Shown here: piece after piece, positions 63,461-64,000 of the stretch
Position numbering within the stretch: the first letter of the stretch is position 1
Layout of the letters: each line of letters opens with the position of its first letter
DNA from: Octopus bimaculoides
Lineage: Eukaryota
Reading direction: 5' to 3'
Assembly (NCBI RefSeq): GCF_001194135.2
Contig: NC_068994.1
Span: 42,744,373 to 42,808,372, forward strand
Length of the DNA: 64,000 nucleotides
The notes under the pieces: generated by a model
What the model saw: only the letters and a program-made list of their open reading frames with translations
What the model was told of the DNA's origin: nothing
Databases searched by the model: none
Made by a program: the position numbers and the translations under genes

Positions 63461-64000
63461 AAGATGGAAAGTTCGGAGAATGGAAGAACGGAGAAAGAGG
63501 AAAATGGTACTGATGCCCACGAGGTTACATTATGAAAAGACCGGAAGAGGAGGTGGTGGGGGAAAAGTTCTTTCTAAGATAGGAGAGTGAANNNNNNNNN
63601 NNNNNNNNNNNNNNNNNNNNNNNNNNNNNNNNNNNNNNNNNNNNNNNNNNNNNNNNNNNNNNNAATCTGTGCGTGTGCGAAAGTCTGCGAGTGTGTGTGT
63701 GATAACAGAACGTGTGTGTGCATATGTATGTGTGTGTGTGTGTGTGTGTGTGTGCATGGTTTGGTGGTTTATCTGTTAGTGTGTTTGTGTGTGTGTGTGT
63801 GTGTATGATGTAGCGGAAGAAATTAGTAGCAGGACTGATTAGTGGACGCTATAGACAGTGTAGGTAGAAGGTCAACAGGTGGTTATTTGGGTGTGTGTGT
63901 GTTCGTGTTTGTGTGGGGTTGTAGGTGTTAGGTACGTGTACGTGTGTGTGTGTATTTTGTATGTGCACGTGTGTGTATGTGTATGTTTTCTGTGTGTGCG

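Noticed and set aside
969-63808. Most ORFs in the supplied track (poly-YI, CV, HT, His, Asp, Met, X runs)
   Set aside because: Translations of microsatellites, SINEs and N gaps

Overview
AT-rich, repeat-dense eukaryotic draft-assembly DNA with many N gaps. The SINE families present point to an Octopus-type coleoid cephalopod (inference). It reads as intronic/intergenic sequence made of (TA)n/(CA)n/(GAT)n/(GAA)n microsatellites, several tRNA-derived SINE families, fragments of RTE, L1/Tx1 and R4/Dong LINEs, mariner- and piggyBac-type MITEs and a foldback element. Almost all ORFs in the supplied track are translated microsatellites or repeats. I can name no protein-coding gene. There are several splice-flanked exon candidates, mostly on the minus strand, and a candidate divergent promoter near 11.2 kb, all low confidence. 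The most notable signal is at least five dispersed type I hammerhead-ribozyme-like motifs with palindromic stem III, as carried by Penelope-like retroelements. One sits in a 94-bp-arm inverted repeat, and two unrelated families share a U4>C core variant. No rRNA, genuine tRNA gene or CRISPR array was seen. Repeat boundaries were read by eye and are approximate.
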